Source: an uncultured bacterium (GTDB lineage: Bacteria; DAOPZR01). From it: DNA of 64,000 nucleotides. Of the stretch, positions 7,301 to 17,150 are shown piece after piece. The stretch is taken from NCBI GenBank assembly GCA_964517215.1, contig CAZFBR010000001.1, forward strand, positions 24,907 through 88,906, in the 5' to 3' direction. The notes under the pieces were generated by a model that searched no databases, was not told the DNA's origin, and worked only from the letters and a program-made list of their open reading frames with translations. Within the stretch, counting starts at the first letter, position 1. The number at the start of each line of letters is the position of its first letter. A program made the position numbers and the translations under genes.

Positions 7301-8220
7301 GTACCATGAACACCGCCCTGGTCGGCTATCTGGTAGCGGCAGCGACGCTGCTGCTGGCCATCGGCGGCATGCTCTGCTGGCGGCGCCTGCCGGTGCGCGA
7401 TATAATCATCCGCTGCACCGGCGGCGTCATCGGGCTTATCATCAGCAATCTTCTGCTGTTTTCCGTTATCCGCTTTCTGCCCGTCCCGGCTGCGGTCTGG
7501 TTTCTGCTGCATCTGCTGTTCCTCACGTGCGGGGCCATGGTGGCGGCGGCCAAGCGGGAGGAGATCTGCCATCTGCTGCCCGTCCTCTCCGAGCACCCGG
7601 ACAGCGATCACATCGCCCCCAAGGTGCTCGACACCAGCGTGATCATCGACGGGCGCATCATCGACGTCTGCAAGAGCCGGTTTATCGAGGGCGATTTGCT
7701 GGTGCCGCGCTTCATCCTGCGCGAACTGCAGAACATTGCCGATTCCGCCGACAATCTGCGCCGCGCGCGCGGCCGGCGCGGTCTCGACATCCTCAAACAG
7801 CTGCAGCAGCATCCCGACCTGACGGTGCGGGTGACGGAGCAGGATTATCCCGAGGTGCACGAGGTGGACGGCAAGCTCATCCGGCTCGCGCAGCAGCTGT
7901 CGGCCTGCATCCTCACCAACGACTACAATCTCAACAAGGTCGCCGGCCTGCAGCAGGTCACCGTGCTCAACCTCAATGACCTGGCCAATGCGCTCAAGCC
8001 GGTGGTGCTGCCCGGCGAGGAAATGCGCATCCAGGTCATCAAGGACGGCAAGGAGGCAGGCCAGGGGGTGGGGTATCTCGACGACGGCACGATGGTGGTC
8101 GTGGACAACGGCAAGCCGCAGATCGGCCGCACCGTCAAGGTTACCGTCACCAGCATCATCCAGACCTCGGCCGGCCGGATGATTTTCACCCGCTTCGGCG
8201 ACGCCCCGGGTGAACGATGA
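7297..8220 (+). CDS. yacL: PIN/TRAM-domain membrane protein YacL-like
   Basis: N-terminal TM helices, PIN domain (VLDTSVIIDGRI), C-terminal TRAM (GRTVKVTVTSIIQTSAGRMIFTRF); conserved radA-yacL-ispD-ispF order. Confidence 0.75.
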   Translation: MSTMNTALVGYLVAAATLLLAIGGMLCWRRLPVRDIIIRCTGGVIGLIISNLLLFSVIRFLPVPAAVWFLLHLLFLTCGAMVAAAKREEICHLLPVLSEHPDSDHIAPKVLDTSVIIDGRIIDVCKSRFIEGDLLVPRFILRELQNIADSADNLRRARGRRGLDILKQLQQHPDLTVRVTEQDYPEVHEVDGKLIRLAQQLSACILTNDYNLNKVAGLQQVTVLNLNDLANALKPVVLPGEEMRIQVIKDGKEAGQGVGYLDDGTMVVVDNGKPQIGRTVKVTVTSIIQTSAGRMIFTRFGDAPGER

Positions 8221-8894
8221 CCCTGGCGGCGATCCTCGTTGCCGCCGGGCAGAGTTCCCGGTTCGGCGGCGGCGTCAGCAAGGTGCTGCGCCGCTGCGGT
8301 GACCTGCCCCTGATCGCCCATGCGGCGCAGGCCCTGCTGGCGGCCGACGGCCTGACGGAAGTGGCGGTGGCCGCGCGGCCGGAGGACTGCGCCGCGATCG
8401 AAACCGCACTGGCGTTCCTGCGCGACCGCGGCCTGCGGCTGGCCGTGGTGGCGGGCGGCGCCGAACGCCAGGACAGCGTGGCAAACGCGCTGGCGGTCCT
8501 GACCCCGGCGGTGACCCACGTCATCGAGCATGACGCCGCCCGGCCGTTCCCGCCCGCCGCCCTGGTGGCGCGCGTGGTCGCCGCCCTTGCGGCGCACGAT
8601 GCCGTCATCCCGGTCATTCCCGTGGTGGACACCATCAAGGAGGTGGCCGGCGACACCGTGGTCCGCACTCCGGTGCGCAGCGCGCTGCGCGCGGTGCAGA
8701 CCCCGCAGGGTTTTCGCCGGACGCTGCTGGCGGCGGCGCTGGCGGCGGCGCAGCGCGACCGCGTCACCGGCACCGACGATGCCATGCTGGTTGAACGCCT
8801 GCAGCTGCCGGTATACTGTGTGGCCGGTGATCCGGCCAATCGCAAAGTCACCACCCAGGAGGACAGCCAATGGCTTCCGCATCCGCTCACGTAG
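8217..8894 (+). CDS. ispD: 2-C-methyl-D-erythritol 4-phosphate cytidylyltransferase
   Basis: AAGQSSRFGG, VIEHDAARPF, VQTPQGFRR motifs. Confidence 0.9.
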   Translation: MTLAAILVAAGQSSRFGGGVSKVLRRCGDLPLIAHAAQALLAADGLTEVAVAARPEDCAAIETALAFLRDRGLRLAVVAGGAERQDSVANALAVLTPAVTHVIEHDAARPFPPAALVARVVAALAAHDAVIPVIPVVDTIKEVAGDTVVRTPVRSALRAVQTPQGFRRTLLAAALAAAQRDRVTGTDDAMLVERLQLPVYCVAGDPANRKVTTQEDSQWLPHPLT

Positions 8895-9361
8895 GCATCG
8901 GTTTCGATGTTCATCGCTTCTGCACCGGCCGCCCGCTGCTGCTGGGCGGGGTCAAGGTCAACTACCCGCAGGGCCTCGCCGGCCACTCCGACGCTGATGT
9001 GCTGCTGCATGCGATCAGCGACGCCATTCTCGGCGCGGCCGGCCTCGGCGACATCGGCCAGCATTTTCCCGATACGGACCAGAAATGGAAGGACGCCGAT
9101 TCCGGCCTGCTGCTCAAGGTCGTGGTGGCCAAGGCGCATGCCGCCGGCTGGCAGGTGGGCAATATCGACGCCACCGTCATCTGCGAGGAGCCGAAAATCG
9201 CCCCGCTGCGCGAGGCCGTGTGCGCCCGGGTGGCGGAACTGGCCGGCATTGTTCCCGCCGCGGTCAATATCAAGGGCAAAACCACCGAGCACCTCGGGTT
9301 TCTCGGACGCTGCGAGGGCATCGCTGCGCAGGCTGTGGTGCTGCTCGAACGGCTGCCGTGA
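8870..9361 (+). CDS. ispF: 2-C-methyl-D-erythritol 2,4-cyclodiphosphate synthase
   Basis: GIGFDVHRF, GHSDADVLLHAISDAILGA, DIGQHFPDTDQKWKDADS motifs. Confidence 0.9.
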   Translation: MASASAHVGIGFDVHRFCTGRPLLLGGVKVNYPQGLAGHSDADVLLHAISDAILGAAGLGDIGQHFPDTDQKWKDADSGLLLKVVVAKAHAAGWQVGNIDATVICEEPKIAPLREAVCARVAELAGIVPAAVNIKGKTTEHLGFLGRCEGIAAQAVVLLERLP

Positions 9362-9912
9362 GCGCACGCACCGCCCCGGTGGTCCTGTTCGGGTTCATGG
9401 GCACCGGCAAAAGCGCGGTCGGCGAGATTCTCGCCCGCCGGCTGCAGCGGACGTATCTCGACAGTGATGCGGAGATCGAACGCGAAGCCGGCGCCGGCAT
9501 TCCCGTCATTTTCGCCCGTCAGGGCGAGGCGGGGTTTCGCCGGCTGGAAACGCAGGTCATCACCCGCCTGGCGGAAACCGAGAATGCCGTTATTGCCTGC
9601 GGCGGCGGTGCGGTGCTGCGCCCGGAAAACCTGGCGGCGCTGCGGCGGCACGGCAGCATTCATTTTGTGCTGACCGCGCAGGTCGACACCATCCTGGCGC
9701 GCACGGCCGGCAGCGACCGGCCGCTGCTGCAATGCCCGCCGGCGGAGCGGCGGCAGCGCGTCGAGGAACTGCTGGCCCGGCGCGCGGCGGCCTATGACGC
9801 GGCCGGACTCGCGGTACCCACTGACGGCATGACCGCGGATGAAGTGGCTGACGCCATTGTCCGTCTGCTCAATGGCGGCATGAGCGCCCAGGCGCTGCAT
9901 GCCACATCGTAG
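9358..9912 (+). CDS. aroK: Shikimate kinase
   Basis: GTG start overlapping the ispF stop; Walker [12 protein letters not shown], shikimate-kinase fold. Confidence 0.8.
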   Translation: MSARTAPVVLFGFMGTGKSAVGEILARRLQRTYLDSDAEIEREAGAGIPVIFARQGEAGFRRLETQVITRLAETENAVIACGGGAVLRPENLAALRRHGSIHFVLTAQVDTILARTAGSDRPLLQCPPAERRQRVEELLARRAAAYDAAGLAVPTDGMTADEVADAIVRLLNGGMSAQALHATS

Positions 9913-9922
9913 GAGGAATTCC

Positions 9923-10363
9923 ATGCAACCGGCCATCCTAATCATCAACGGACCGAACCTGAACCTGCTGGGCACCCGCGAACCGGGCATCTATGGCACG
10001 CTGACCCTTGCGGCGATCGAGGAAACCCTGCGCACCCGCGCGACTGAGCTCGGGGTGGCGCTCGACTTTTTCCAGTCGAACCACGAAGGGGATCTGGTGG
10101 ATCGCATCGGCCAGGCGCCCGGAAAGTATGCCGTGATCATCATCAACCCCGGCGCCTACACCCACACCTCGATCGCCATTCAGGACGCCATTCGCGCGGC
10201 CGGGGTGCCCGCCATCGAAGTGCATCTGTCAAATATCGCCGCCCGCGAGGAATACCGGCATACCTCGCTGGTTGCGCCCGCCTGCCTCGGGCAGATCGCC
10301 GGCTTCGGTGCGGACAGCTACCTGCTCGCACTGGATCAGGCTGCGCGCCGGCTGCGCGCGTGA
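9923..10363 (+). CDS. aroQ: 3-dehydroquinate dehydratase type II
   Basis: RBS AGGAGG; [38 protein letters not shown] motifs. Confidence 0.9.
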   Translation: MQPAILIINGPNLNLLGTREPGIYGTLTLAAIEETLRTRATELGVALDFFQSNHEGDLVDRIGQAPGKYAVIIINPGAYTHTSIAIQDAIRAAGVPAIEVHLSNIAAREEYRHTSLVAPACLGQIAGFGADSYLLALDQAARRLRA

Positions 10364-11427
10364 CCACCGCCGCCCGCCGGCGCCGCCTGCGCACCCGGCT
10401 GCGCGGCGAGCGGATCGACGTCTGCCTGATCACCGCGCCCGTCTCCCTGCGCTATTTTTCCGGCTTCATCGGCAGCACCGGCCTCCTGCTCGTCACGGCC
10501 CGCCAGGCCACGCTGTTCCTCGACGACCGCTATCTGGAAAAGGGCCGGGCCGAGGCGCGCGGCCTGACCGTGCTGCCGCTGGCGGGCTGGCAGGACGCGC
10601 TGCACCAGCTCGCGGCAAATGCCGGCCGGATGCTCACGGTGGCCTTCGATGAAGCCGACACCACGGTGCTGCAGGCGCGGCGCTGGCAGGAATTGTTTCC
10701 CGAACTGCTGTGGCGGTCGCGCGGCTTCGCCCTCGCCCCGCTGCGCGCGGTGAAGGAGCGCGATGAACTGGCGGCGCAGCGCGAAGCGGGCCGGCGCCTC
10801 GCCCGCGCCTGGTCGGCGGTGCGCCCGCAGCTGGCGGTCGGCATGAGTGAACGGCAGATCGCCGGCCTGCTCGATGCGGCGGTGCTGCAGCATACCGGCG
10901 CGCCGGTGCCGTTTGAAACCATCGTCGGCAGCGGCCCGCATGCCGCGCGCCCGCACCATTCGCCGTCCGACCGGGTGCTGCAGCGGGGCGAGGCGCTGCT
11001 GATCGATATGGGCGCCGCCTGGCACGGCTACAGCGTTGATATGACCCGCATGCTGGCGCTGTCCCCGCTCCCGGCGACGGTGCGCCGGGCATGGCGGGTT
11101 GTGGCCGCCGCGCAACGCGCCGCCCTGCGCGCCTGCCGGGCCGGGGTGCCGCCCCGTGCGCTCGACCTGGCGGCGCGGCGGGTGCTGCGCCGGGCCGGGA
11201 TGGAAGCGCAATTCACCCACAACCTCGGCCACGGCGTCGGCCTCAAGGTGCATGAAGAACCGACCGTCGGCGCCAGAAATCATGCGCCGCTGCAGGCGGG
11301 CATGGTGATTACCGTCGAACCCGGGGTCTATTTTCCCGGCGAGTTCGGCATCCGCATAGAAGATACGGTTGTGGTCACTGCGCACGGCGCGGAAATCATC
11401 ACGCCGGTGCCCCGGGAGCAGCCATGA
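10360..11427 (+). CDS. Xaa-Pro aminopeptidase / M24 family peptidase
   Basis: Creatinase-like N-domain plus pita-bread fold; [37 protein letters not shown]. Confidence 0.8.
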   Translation: MTTAARRRRLRTRLRGERIDVCLITAPVSLRYFSGFIGSTGLLLVTARQATLFLDDRYLEKGRAEARGLTVLPLAGWQDALHQLAANAGRMLTVAFDEADTTVLQARRWQELFPELLWRSRGFALAPLRAVKERDELAAQREAGRRLARAWSAVRPQLAVGMSERQIAGLLDAAVLQHTGAPVPFETIVGSGPHAARPHHSPSDRVLQRGEALLIDMGAAWHGYSVDMTRMLALSPLPATVRRAWRVVAAAQRAALRACRAGVPPRALDLAARRVLRRAGMEAQFTHNLGHGVGLKVHEEPTVGARNHAPLQAGMVITVEPGVYFPGEFGIRIEDTVVVTAHGAEIITPVPREQP

Positions 11428-12191
11428 GCAATGATCCGGTGGTGGTGTGCGGCCGGCAGCCGGTGCGTGAATTGCTGCGCGCCGCCCGGCGTCCGGTCAA
11501 ACGCCTGCTGTGCAGCGCCCGCGAGGGCAAAACCCTGGCCGACATAGTCGCGCTGGCCGGCGAGCGGGGCGTCCGCGTGGAGCAGGCGGACGACGCCGCA
11601 GTGGCAAAACTCGCGGGCGGCGCCCACCATCAGGGGGTGGCTGCGGTTACCGTGCCGCTGCCGCTGCTGGCGCTGGATGAACTCTGGCCGCGCCTGGGGG
11701 AGCAGCAGCCCGCGCTGCTGATCGCCGACGAGGTGCAGGATCCGCAGAATGTCGGCTCGCTCATTCGCAGTGCGGAAACGCTGGGCTTTCATGCCCTGCT
11801 CATTCCCGAACGGCGCAGCGCCGGCCTGACCCCGGCGGCGGAACGCGCCGCCTCGGGCGCCGCGGAACACCTGCCGGTTGTGGCGGTGGGCAATACCGCC
11901 GCGGCGATGCTGACCCTGCGCGAGCACGGCATCTGGCTGGTCGGCACGGTGGTGGACGGCGGCCAGTCGCTGTGGCAGACCGACCTGACCGGACCGACCG
12001 CCGTTCTCGTCGGCAACGAGGCCGACGGTCTGCGCCGGCTGGTGCGCGACCGTTGCGACCTGCTGGTGACCATCCCGCGCGGCGGGCTGACCGACTCGCT
12101 CAACGTTGCCACCGCCGCCACGGCCGTCATGGCCGAAGTGATGCGCCAGCGTGCGGTCGGCCCGCCGCCGCGGCCCGGCAGGAAACCGTAA
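11424..12191 (+). CDS. rlmB: 23S rRNA (guanosine-2'-O-)-methyltransferase RlmB (SpoU/TrmH family)
   Basis: LIADEVQDPQNVGSLIRSAETLGF, LVGNEADGL, SLNVATAATAVM SPOUT motifs. Confidence 0.8.
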   Translation: MSNDPVVVCGRQPVRELLRAARRPVKRLLCSAREGKTLADIVALAGERGVRVEQADDAAVAKLAGGAHHQGVAAVTVPLPLLALDELWPRLGEQQPALLIADEVQDPQNVGSLIRSAETLGFHALLIPERRSAGLTPAAERAASGAAEHLPVVAVGNTAAAMLTLREHGIWLVGTVVDGGQSLWQTDLTGPTAVLVGNEADGLRRLVRDRCDLLVTIPRGGLTDSLNVATAATAVMAEVMRQRAVGPPPRPGRKP

Positions 12192-12352
12192 CCCCCGGTC
12201 TGCGGCGCACCGGGATGCTGCTGCTGTTGCCGGGGGCGCTGCGGCCCCGGCGTTTTCCCGGGGCGGACGCTGTGGCGGAAGCACCGGGTCTGTGGTAAGA
12301 TTGCCGGTCAGCTGCCGGTCCGGGGTTTGGCCGGCGCCGTTGAAAGGAAACA

Positions 12353-13606
12353 GTGATGAGCAAATTGGCAAGCCAGGATCCCGCGGTGGCGCAGGCCATC
12401 AGCCGGGAAAGTGAACGTCAGCACAACAAGCTGGAACTGATCGCTTCGGAGAATTTCACCAGCGAAGCGGTGCGCGAAGCGGTCGGCAGCCTGCTGACCA
12501 ACAAATATGCCGAGGGCTATCCCGGCAAACGCTATTACGGCGGTTGTGAGGTCGTGGACAGCATCGAGGACCTCGCCCGCGACCGGGCCAAACAGCTGTT
12601 CGGCGCGAAGTTCGCCAACGTCCAGCCGCATGCCGGCTCGCAGGCGAATATGGCGGTTTTCTTCGCGCTGATCAAGCCGGGTGACGCCATTCTGACCATG
12701 GACCTGTCGCATGGCGGCCATCTGACCCACGGCAGCAAGGTCAATTTCTCCGGCCAGCTCTATGCGGTGCACCATTACGGGGTCACGCGCGAGACGGAAA
12801 CCATTGATTATGCCGCGCTCGAGCGGCAGGCGCATGCCGTGCGGCCGAAACTCATCCTCGCCGGCGCGTCGGCCTATCCGCGCACGATCGATTTCGCGCG
12901 GTTCCGCGCCATCGCCGACAGTGTCGGTGCGCATTTTGTCGTCGACATGGCGCATATTGCCGGACTGGTTGCCGCGGGCGTGCATCCGTCGCCGCTGCCC
13001 CATGCCACCGCCGTCACCTCGACCACGCACAAAACCCTGCGCGGTCCGCGCTCCGGCCTGGTGCTGTGCAATGACGAGGCCGTGGCCAAAGCCGTCGACA
13101 AGGCCGTTTTCCCCGGCCTGCAGGGCGGGCCGCTCATGCATGTCATCGCCGGGAAGGCGGTCGCTTTCCAGGAAGCGCTGCAGCCGGCGTTTCACACCTA
13201 CCAGCAGCAGGTGCTGGCCAACGCCCGGGCCCTTGCGGAAACCCTGACTGCCGCGGGCCTGCGCCTGGTGTCCGGCGGCACCGACACCCACCTGCTGCTC
13301 ATCGATCTGCGGCCGCGTTCGGTCAGCGGTGCGGACATCCAGCTGGCACTCGACGAGGCCGGCATCACCTGCAACAAGAACACCATCCCGTTCGAAACCC
13401 GGCCGCCGGCCCAGGCCAGCGGCATCCGGCTCGGCACCCCGGCGCTGACCACCCGCGGCATGCAGGAGGCGGAGATGCGGCAGATCGGCGCCTGGATCGC
13501 CGCGGTCATCGAGCAGCATGACGACCACGCCCGCCTGGAAAGCATCCGCCGGTCGGTCGGAGAGCTGTGCAGCCGGTTTCCGCTGTTCGCGGAACGGTGG
13601 CAGTAG
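12353..13606 (+). CDS. glyA: Serine hydroxymethyltransferase
   Basis: [34 protein letters not shown] (PLP-lysine region). Confidence 0.95.
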   Translation: MMSKLASQDPAVAQAISRESERQHNKLELIASENFTSEAVREAVGSLLTNKYAEGYPGKRYYGGCEVVDSIEDLARDRAKQLFGAKFANVQPHAGSQANMAVFFALIKPGDAILTMDLSHGGHLTHGSKVNFSGQLYAVHHYGVTRETETIDYAALERQAHAVRPKLILAGASAYPRTIDFARFRAIADSVGAHFVVDMAHIAGLVAAGVHPSPLPHATAVTSTTHKTLRGPRSGLVLCNDEAVAKAVDKAVFPGLQGGPLMHVIAGKAVAFQEALQPAFHTYQQQVLANARALAETLTAAGLRLVSGGTDTHLLLIDLRPRSVSGADIQLALDEAGITCNKNTIPFETRPPAQASGIRLGTPALTTRGMQEAEMRQIGAWIAAVIEQHDDHARLESIRRSVGELCSRFPLFAERWQ

Positions 13607-13608
13607 GC

Positions 13609-14133
13609 ATGCGCATCGACAGTCCGGCGGCGGAAGAGGCGGCGCTCCTGGCCGCGGCGCAGGCCATGGCCGCGGCGGCACGCACCGCCCCCAAGGGCCG
13701 CGGCCGCGATCTGTTGCAGACCTGCATCCTTACCGGCGCGGAGAAGGACGCGCTGGCGGACGTCATGGCGGAGATCGGGGGCGCGGAGCAGACCCCGTTT
13801 GCCCGCGATGCCGCCGGGGTGCGCCGGGCGCAGGCCATCCTGCTGATCGCCACGGAACACGCGGTCATGGGACTGCGCCGCTGCGGCTTCTGCGGTTTCG
13901 GCGACTGCGCCGGCTGTGCCGCCGCCCGGGGCATGTGCGTTTTCGTCCCCGGCGACCTGGGGATCGCCATCGGCTCCGCCGTGAGTGTGGCTGCCGACCG
14001 GCGGATCGACAACCGGGTCATGTATACCGCCGGCTATGCCGCGCTCAAGATGCAACTTTTCGGCAAAAATGCTATACTGGCGTTCGGAATTCCGTTGTCG
14101 GTCAGCGGCAAGAGTCCGTTCTTTGACCGGTAA
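13609..14133 (+). CDS. Cys-cluster protein (DUF2148/ferredoxin-like family candidate)
   Basis: ATG 2 nt after the glyA stop; RCGFCGFGDCAGCAAARGMC cysteine cluster; 174 aa. Confidence 0.4.
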   Translation: MRIDSPAAEEAALLAAAQAMAAAARTAPKGRGRDLLQTCILTGAEKDALADVMAEIGGAEQTPFARDAAGVRRAQAILLIATEHAVMGLRRCGFCGFGDCAGCAAARGMCVFVPGDLGIAIGSAVSVAADRRIDNRVMYTAGYAALKMQLFGKNAILAFGIPLSVSGKSPFFDR

Positions 14134-14156
14134 CCGCACGACGAAGGAGGGCAGGC

Positions 14157-14504
14157 ATGGACATCACACGTGAGGAAAAGGACGGCGTGGTCATCCTGCG
14201 CTTGAATGAGGATGTGCTGGTCGAGAACTTTCAGGAGCTCAAGACCGTTCTGGAAGAGCTCATCACGCGGGAGAACGACCGCATCGTCATCGACATGCAT
14301 CGCATCCAGTATTTCTGCAGCCAGGGCCTGGGCACCATCACCTCGTCGCTGAAGATCATCCGCGAACGGGGCGGTGATATCAAGATCCTGAACCCGGCCG
14401 GCCGCATCCTCAAGCTGTTCGAGCTGACCCGGCTCAACAAGATCCTTGACATTCTGCAGGAAGAAAAAGACCTGAAGGAGCGCTTCCAGCTCCCCACGCC
14501 ATGA
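14157..14504 (+). CDS. STAS-domain anti-sigma-factor antagonist (SpoIIAA/RsbV-like)
   Basis: 115 aa; VVILRLNEDVLVENFQELKTVLEEL...IVIDMHRIQYFCSQGLGTITSS (conserved Ser in the DxxxxxxDSxGL context); RBS GAAGGAGGG. Confidence 0.8.
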   Translation: MDITREEKDGVVILRLNEDVLVENFQELKTVLEELITRENDRIVIDMHRIQYFCSQGLGTITSSLKIIRERGGDIKILNPAGRILKLFELTRLNKILDILQEEKDLKERFQLPTP

Positions 14505-15355
14505 CCACGACCCCCGCGGGCGACGCCCCGGGGCAGATGCCGGGCAACCTCACCACCCGCTGCCTGGTCTTTCAGCATGCCGCCCTGCCGCCCGCCCTGC
14601 TGCCGCTGTTGCGCGCCGGCGGTGTGCGGGAAATCGAAATCATCACCGCCCAGCAGATCGCCACCATCACCCAGCCGCAGATGGCCGATTTCATCGCGGT
14701 TGTCGACGAGAATGACGAGCAGCTGTCCGTGCAGGCCGAACGCCTGCGCCAGAACACGCAGTGGAAGCTGCTCCCGTGGCTGGTCTTCGGCGCGGAAACC
14801 GAGTATACCCGCCGGGTGGCGGTGCTGCGCCGCGGCTTCTGGGAATACCTGCAGTTCGACGATGAGGAGCGCACCCGCAAGAAGATCGGGCTGACCATCG
14901 ACTTCTACCGCAACTGCCGGATCAGCCGCCACATGGAGGGGTGGGTTTCCTTCCAGTTCAAGAGCGAATACAGTTTCGTGCGCGAAGTGAATTTTTTCAT
15001 TTCCCGGCTGCAGTACATGACCACGCTGACCCAGGCGGAAATCGAGGACATCCAGTACGCCTTTCTCGAAATCGGCAACAATGCCGTCGAGCACGGGAAC
15101 ACCGGCAACCCGGAAAAGCTGGTCGACATCAGCTACCTCATTTTCGAGGACAAGCTCATCATCCGGGTCGCCGACGAGGGGCAGGGCTTTGACGTCAGCA
15201 AGATCCGCAACCCGCTCGACGACGACCGCATCGAGCATGCGCGCGGGCGCGGCATATTTCTGGTCAAGCAGATGATGGACGAGGTTGACTTCAACGACAA
15301 GGGCAATGTCTGTCTCATGACCAAACGCTTCGCCCCGCTGCCCGCCACCGCCTGA
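14501..15355 (+). CDS. Anti-sigma regulatory factor-type Ser/Thr kinase (HATPase_c, RsbW/SpoIIAB-like) fused to an N-terminal degenerate receiver-like domain
   Basis: C-terminal FLEIGNNAVEHGN (N-box), IIRVADEGQGFD (G1), GRGIFLVKQMMDEVDF (G2); N-terminal ~140 aa has an alternating beta/alpha pattern (CLVFQHAA, EIEIITA, FIAVVDEN, LPWLVFGAE) but lacks the conserved acidic pocket; 4-nt overlap with the STAS gene. Confidence 0.7.
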   Translation: MTTTPAGDAPGQMPGNLTTRCLVFQHAALPPALLPLLRAGGVREIEIITAQQIATITQPQMADFIAVVDENDEQLSVQAERLRQNTQWKLLPWLVFGAETEYTRRVAVLRRGFWEYLQFDDEERTRKKIGLTIDFYRNCRISRHMEGWVSFQFKSEYSFVREVNFFISRLQYMTTLTQAEIEDIQYAFLEIGNNAVEHGNTGNPEKLVDISYLIFEDKLIIRVADEGQGFDVSKIRNPLDDDRIEHARGRGIFLVKQMMDEVDFNDKGNVCLMTKRFAPLPATA

Positions 15356-15383
15356 CTTCCGGCCTGCACAAGGAGAACACATC

Positions 15384-17150
15384 ATGACTGTTGAACTGCT
15401 ATCCGGCAACGAAGCCCTTGCCCGCGGCGCCTACGAGGCGGGCGTCACCGCGGCCTTCGGCTACCCCGGCACTCCGTCGACGGAGATCCTGGAATATGTC
15501 GCCGCGCATTTCCGCGACGCCATCTATGGCGAATGGTCGCCCAACGAGAAGGTCGCCTTCGAGGCGGCCGCGGGCGCCGCCTACACCGGCGCGCGCACCC
15601 TCTGCACCATGAAACATGTCGGGCTCAATGTCGCGGCCGATCCGCTGATGACCATGGCCTATACCGGGACGGTGGGCGGCTTCGTCGCCATCGTCGCCGA
15701 CGATCCGGGCATGCACAGCTCGCAGAACGAACAGGACACGCGCCGCTACGCGGCGTTTGCGCGCATTCCCTGCTTCGAGCCGGCCGACAGCCAGGATGCC
15801 GCCGACGTCATGCGCGCCGCCTATGCCGTCAGCGAGCAGCACCGCACTCCGGTTATCGTCCGCACCACGACGCGCGTCAGCCATTCCCGTTCGCGGGTCG
15901 TCCTGCGCGACCGCGAACCGGCGCCGCTGCCGGTCGGGTTTGTCAAGGATCCGGCGCGGTTCGTGCCCATTCCGCTGTGGGCGCGCCCGATGCGCGTGCG
16001 GGTCGAGGAGCGCTATGCCGCCCTGCGCACGGCGGCGGAACAGTCGCCGCTCAACCGCATCGAATGGCGCGACCGGAAACTGGGGATCATTGCCCCGGGC
16101 ATCGCCTACCAGTACGTGCGCGAGGTCTTTCCGGAGTATTCCACGCTCAAACTCGGCTTTACCCATCCCTATCCCGACGCGCTGCTGCGTGAGTTCGCCG
16201 CCGGCTGCGCCGAAGTGCTGGTGGTGGAGGAACTGGATCCGCTGGTCGAGGAACACTGCCGGGTGCTCGGCCTGGCGGTGCGCGGCCGCGACCTGGTGTC
16301 GGGCATCGGCGAGCTGTCGCCGCTCCGCCTGCGCGAAGTGCGCGCCCGCTGGGAAGGAGCGGCATTCGCCGCCCCGCAACCCATCGCCGCGGCGGCGGAT
16401 CTGCCGGGCCGGCCGCCGGTGCTGTGCCCCGGCTGCCCGCATCGCGGGGTGTTTGCCGCGCTGGCCCAGCATGACGTCGTGGTTACCGGCGATATCGGCT
16501 GCTATTCGCTCGGCGTGCTGCCGCCGCTGGCGCGCATGGACACCATCCTGTGCATGGGCGGCGGCGTGTCGCTGGCGCACGGCATGGACAAGGCGGGCGA
16601 ACCGAAGCCGGTGGTCGGCATTGTCGGTGACTCAACCTTCTTTCATTCCGGCATCACCGGCCTGCTGAATATCGCCTACAACCGCGGCAAGGCGACGATC
16701 ATTGTCGTCGACAACCGGACCACGGGCATGACCGGCCACCAGGATAATCCCGGCACCGGCCGGACGCTGCTGGGTGAACCGAGTCCGGCGGTGCGGATCG
16801 AGGACGTGGCCCGGGCCTGCGGCATTCGCCGGGTGGTCACCCTCAACCCGTACGACCTGACCGCCACCAGCCGCATCCTCGCGGAGGAATTGGCGGCAGA
16901 CGAGCCGTCGCTGCTGGTCTCGGTCGCCCCCTGCGTGCTCAAGGTGCGCCAGCGGGTCGGTCCCGTGCGCACCGTTGCCGCCGCTGCCTGCAAAAAGTGC
17001 CGGGCCTGCCTGAAGATCGGCTGCCCCGCCATTGAAAGCGCCGACGCCGGCCAGCCGCCGCGCATCAATCCGGAATTGTGCAACGGCTGCGGGCTCTGCG
17101 CGAAGGTCTGCAGATTTTCCGCCATCATTGAAACGGAGGTGCGCTCATGA
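15384..17150 (+). CDS. iorA: Indolepyruvate ferredoxin oxidoreductase alpha subunit
   Basis: TPP-binding and pyrimidine-binding domains (GYPGTPSTEILE, GCPHRGVF) plus C-terminal 2x[4Fe-4S] motifs CKKCRAC...CNGCGLCAKVC. Confidence 0.9.
   Translation: MTVELLSGNEALARGAYEAGVTAAFGYPGTPSTEILEYVAAHFRDAIYGEWSPNEKVAFEAAAGAAYTGARTLCTMKHVGLNVAADPLMTMAYTGTVGGFVAIVADDPGMHSSQNEQDTRRYAAFARIPCFEPADSQDAADVMRAAYAVSEQHRTPVIVRTTTRVSHSRSRVVLRDREPAPLPVGFVKDPARFVPIPLWARPMRVRVEERYAALRTAAEQSPLNRIEWRDRKLGIIAPGIAYQYVREVFPEYSTLKLGFTHPYPDALLREFAAGCAEVLVVEELDPLVEEHCRVLGLAVRGRDLVSGIGELSPLRLREVRARWEGAAFAAPQPIAAAADLPGRPPVLCPGCPHRGVFAALAQHDVVVTGDIGCYSLGVLPPLARMDTILCMGGGVSLAHGMDKAGEPKPVVGIVGDSTFFHSGITGLLNIAYNRGKATIIVVDNRTTGMTGHQDNPGTGRTLLGEPSPAVRIEDVARACGIRRVVTLNPYDLTATSRILAEELAADEPSLLVSVAPCVLKVRQRVGPVRTVAAAACKKCRACLKIGCPAIESADAGQPPRINPELCNGCGLCAKVCRFSAIIETEVRS

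Noticed and set aside
12192-12352. Riboswitch upstream of glyA
   Set aside because: Only GC-rich hairpins consistent with an rlmB terminator. No conserved riboswitch core could be recognised by eye.
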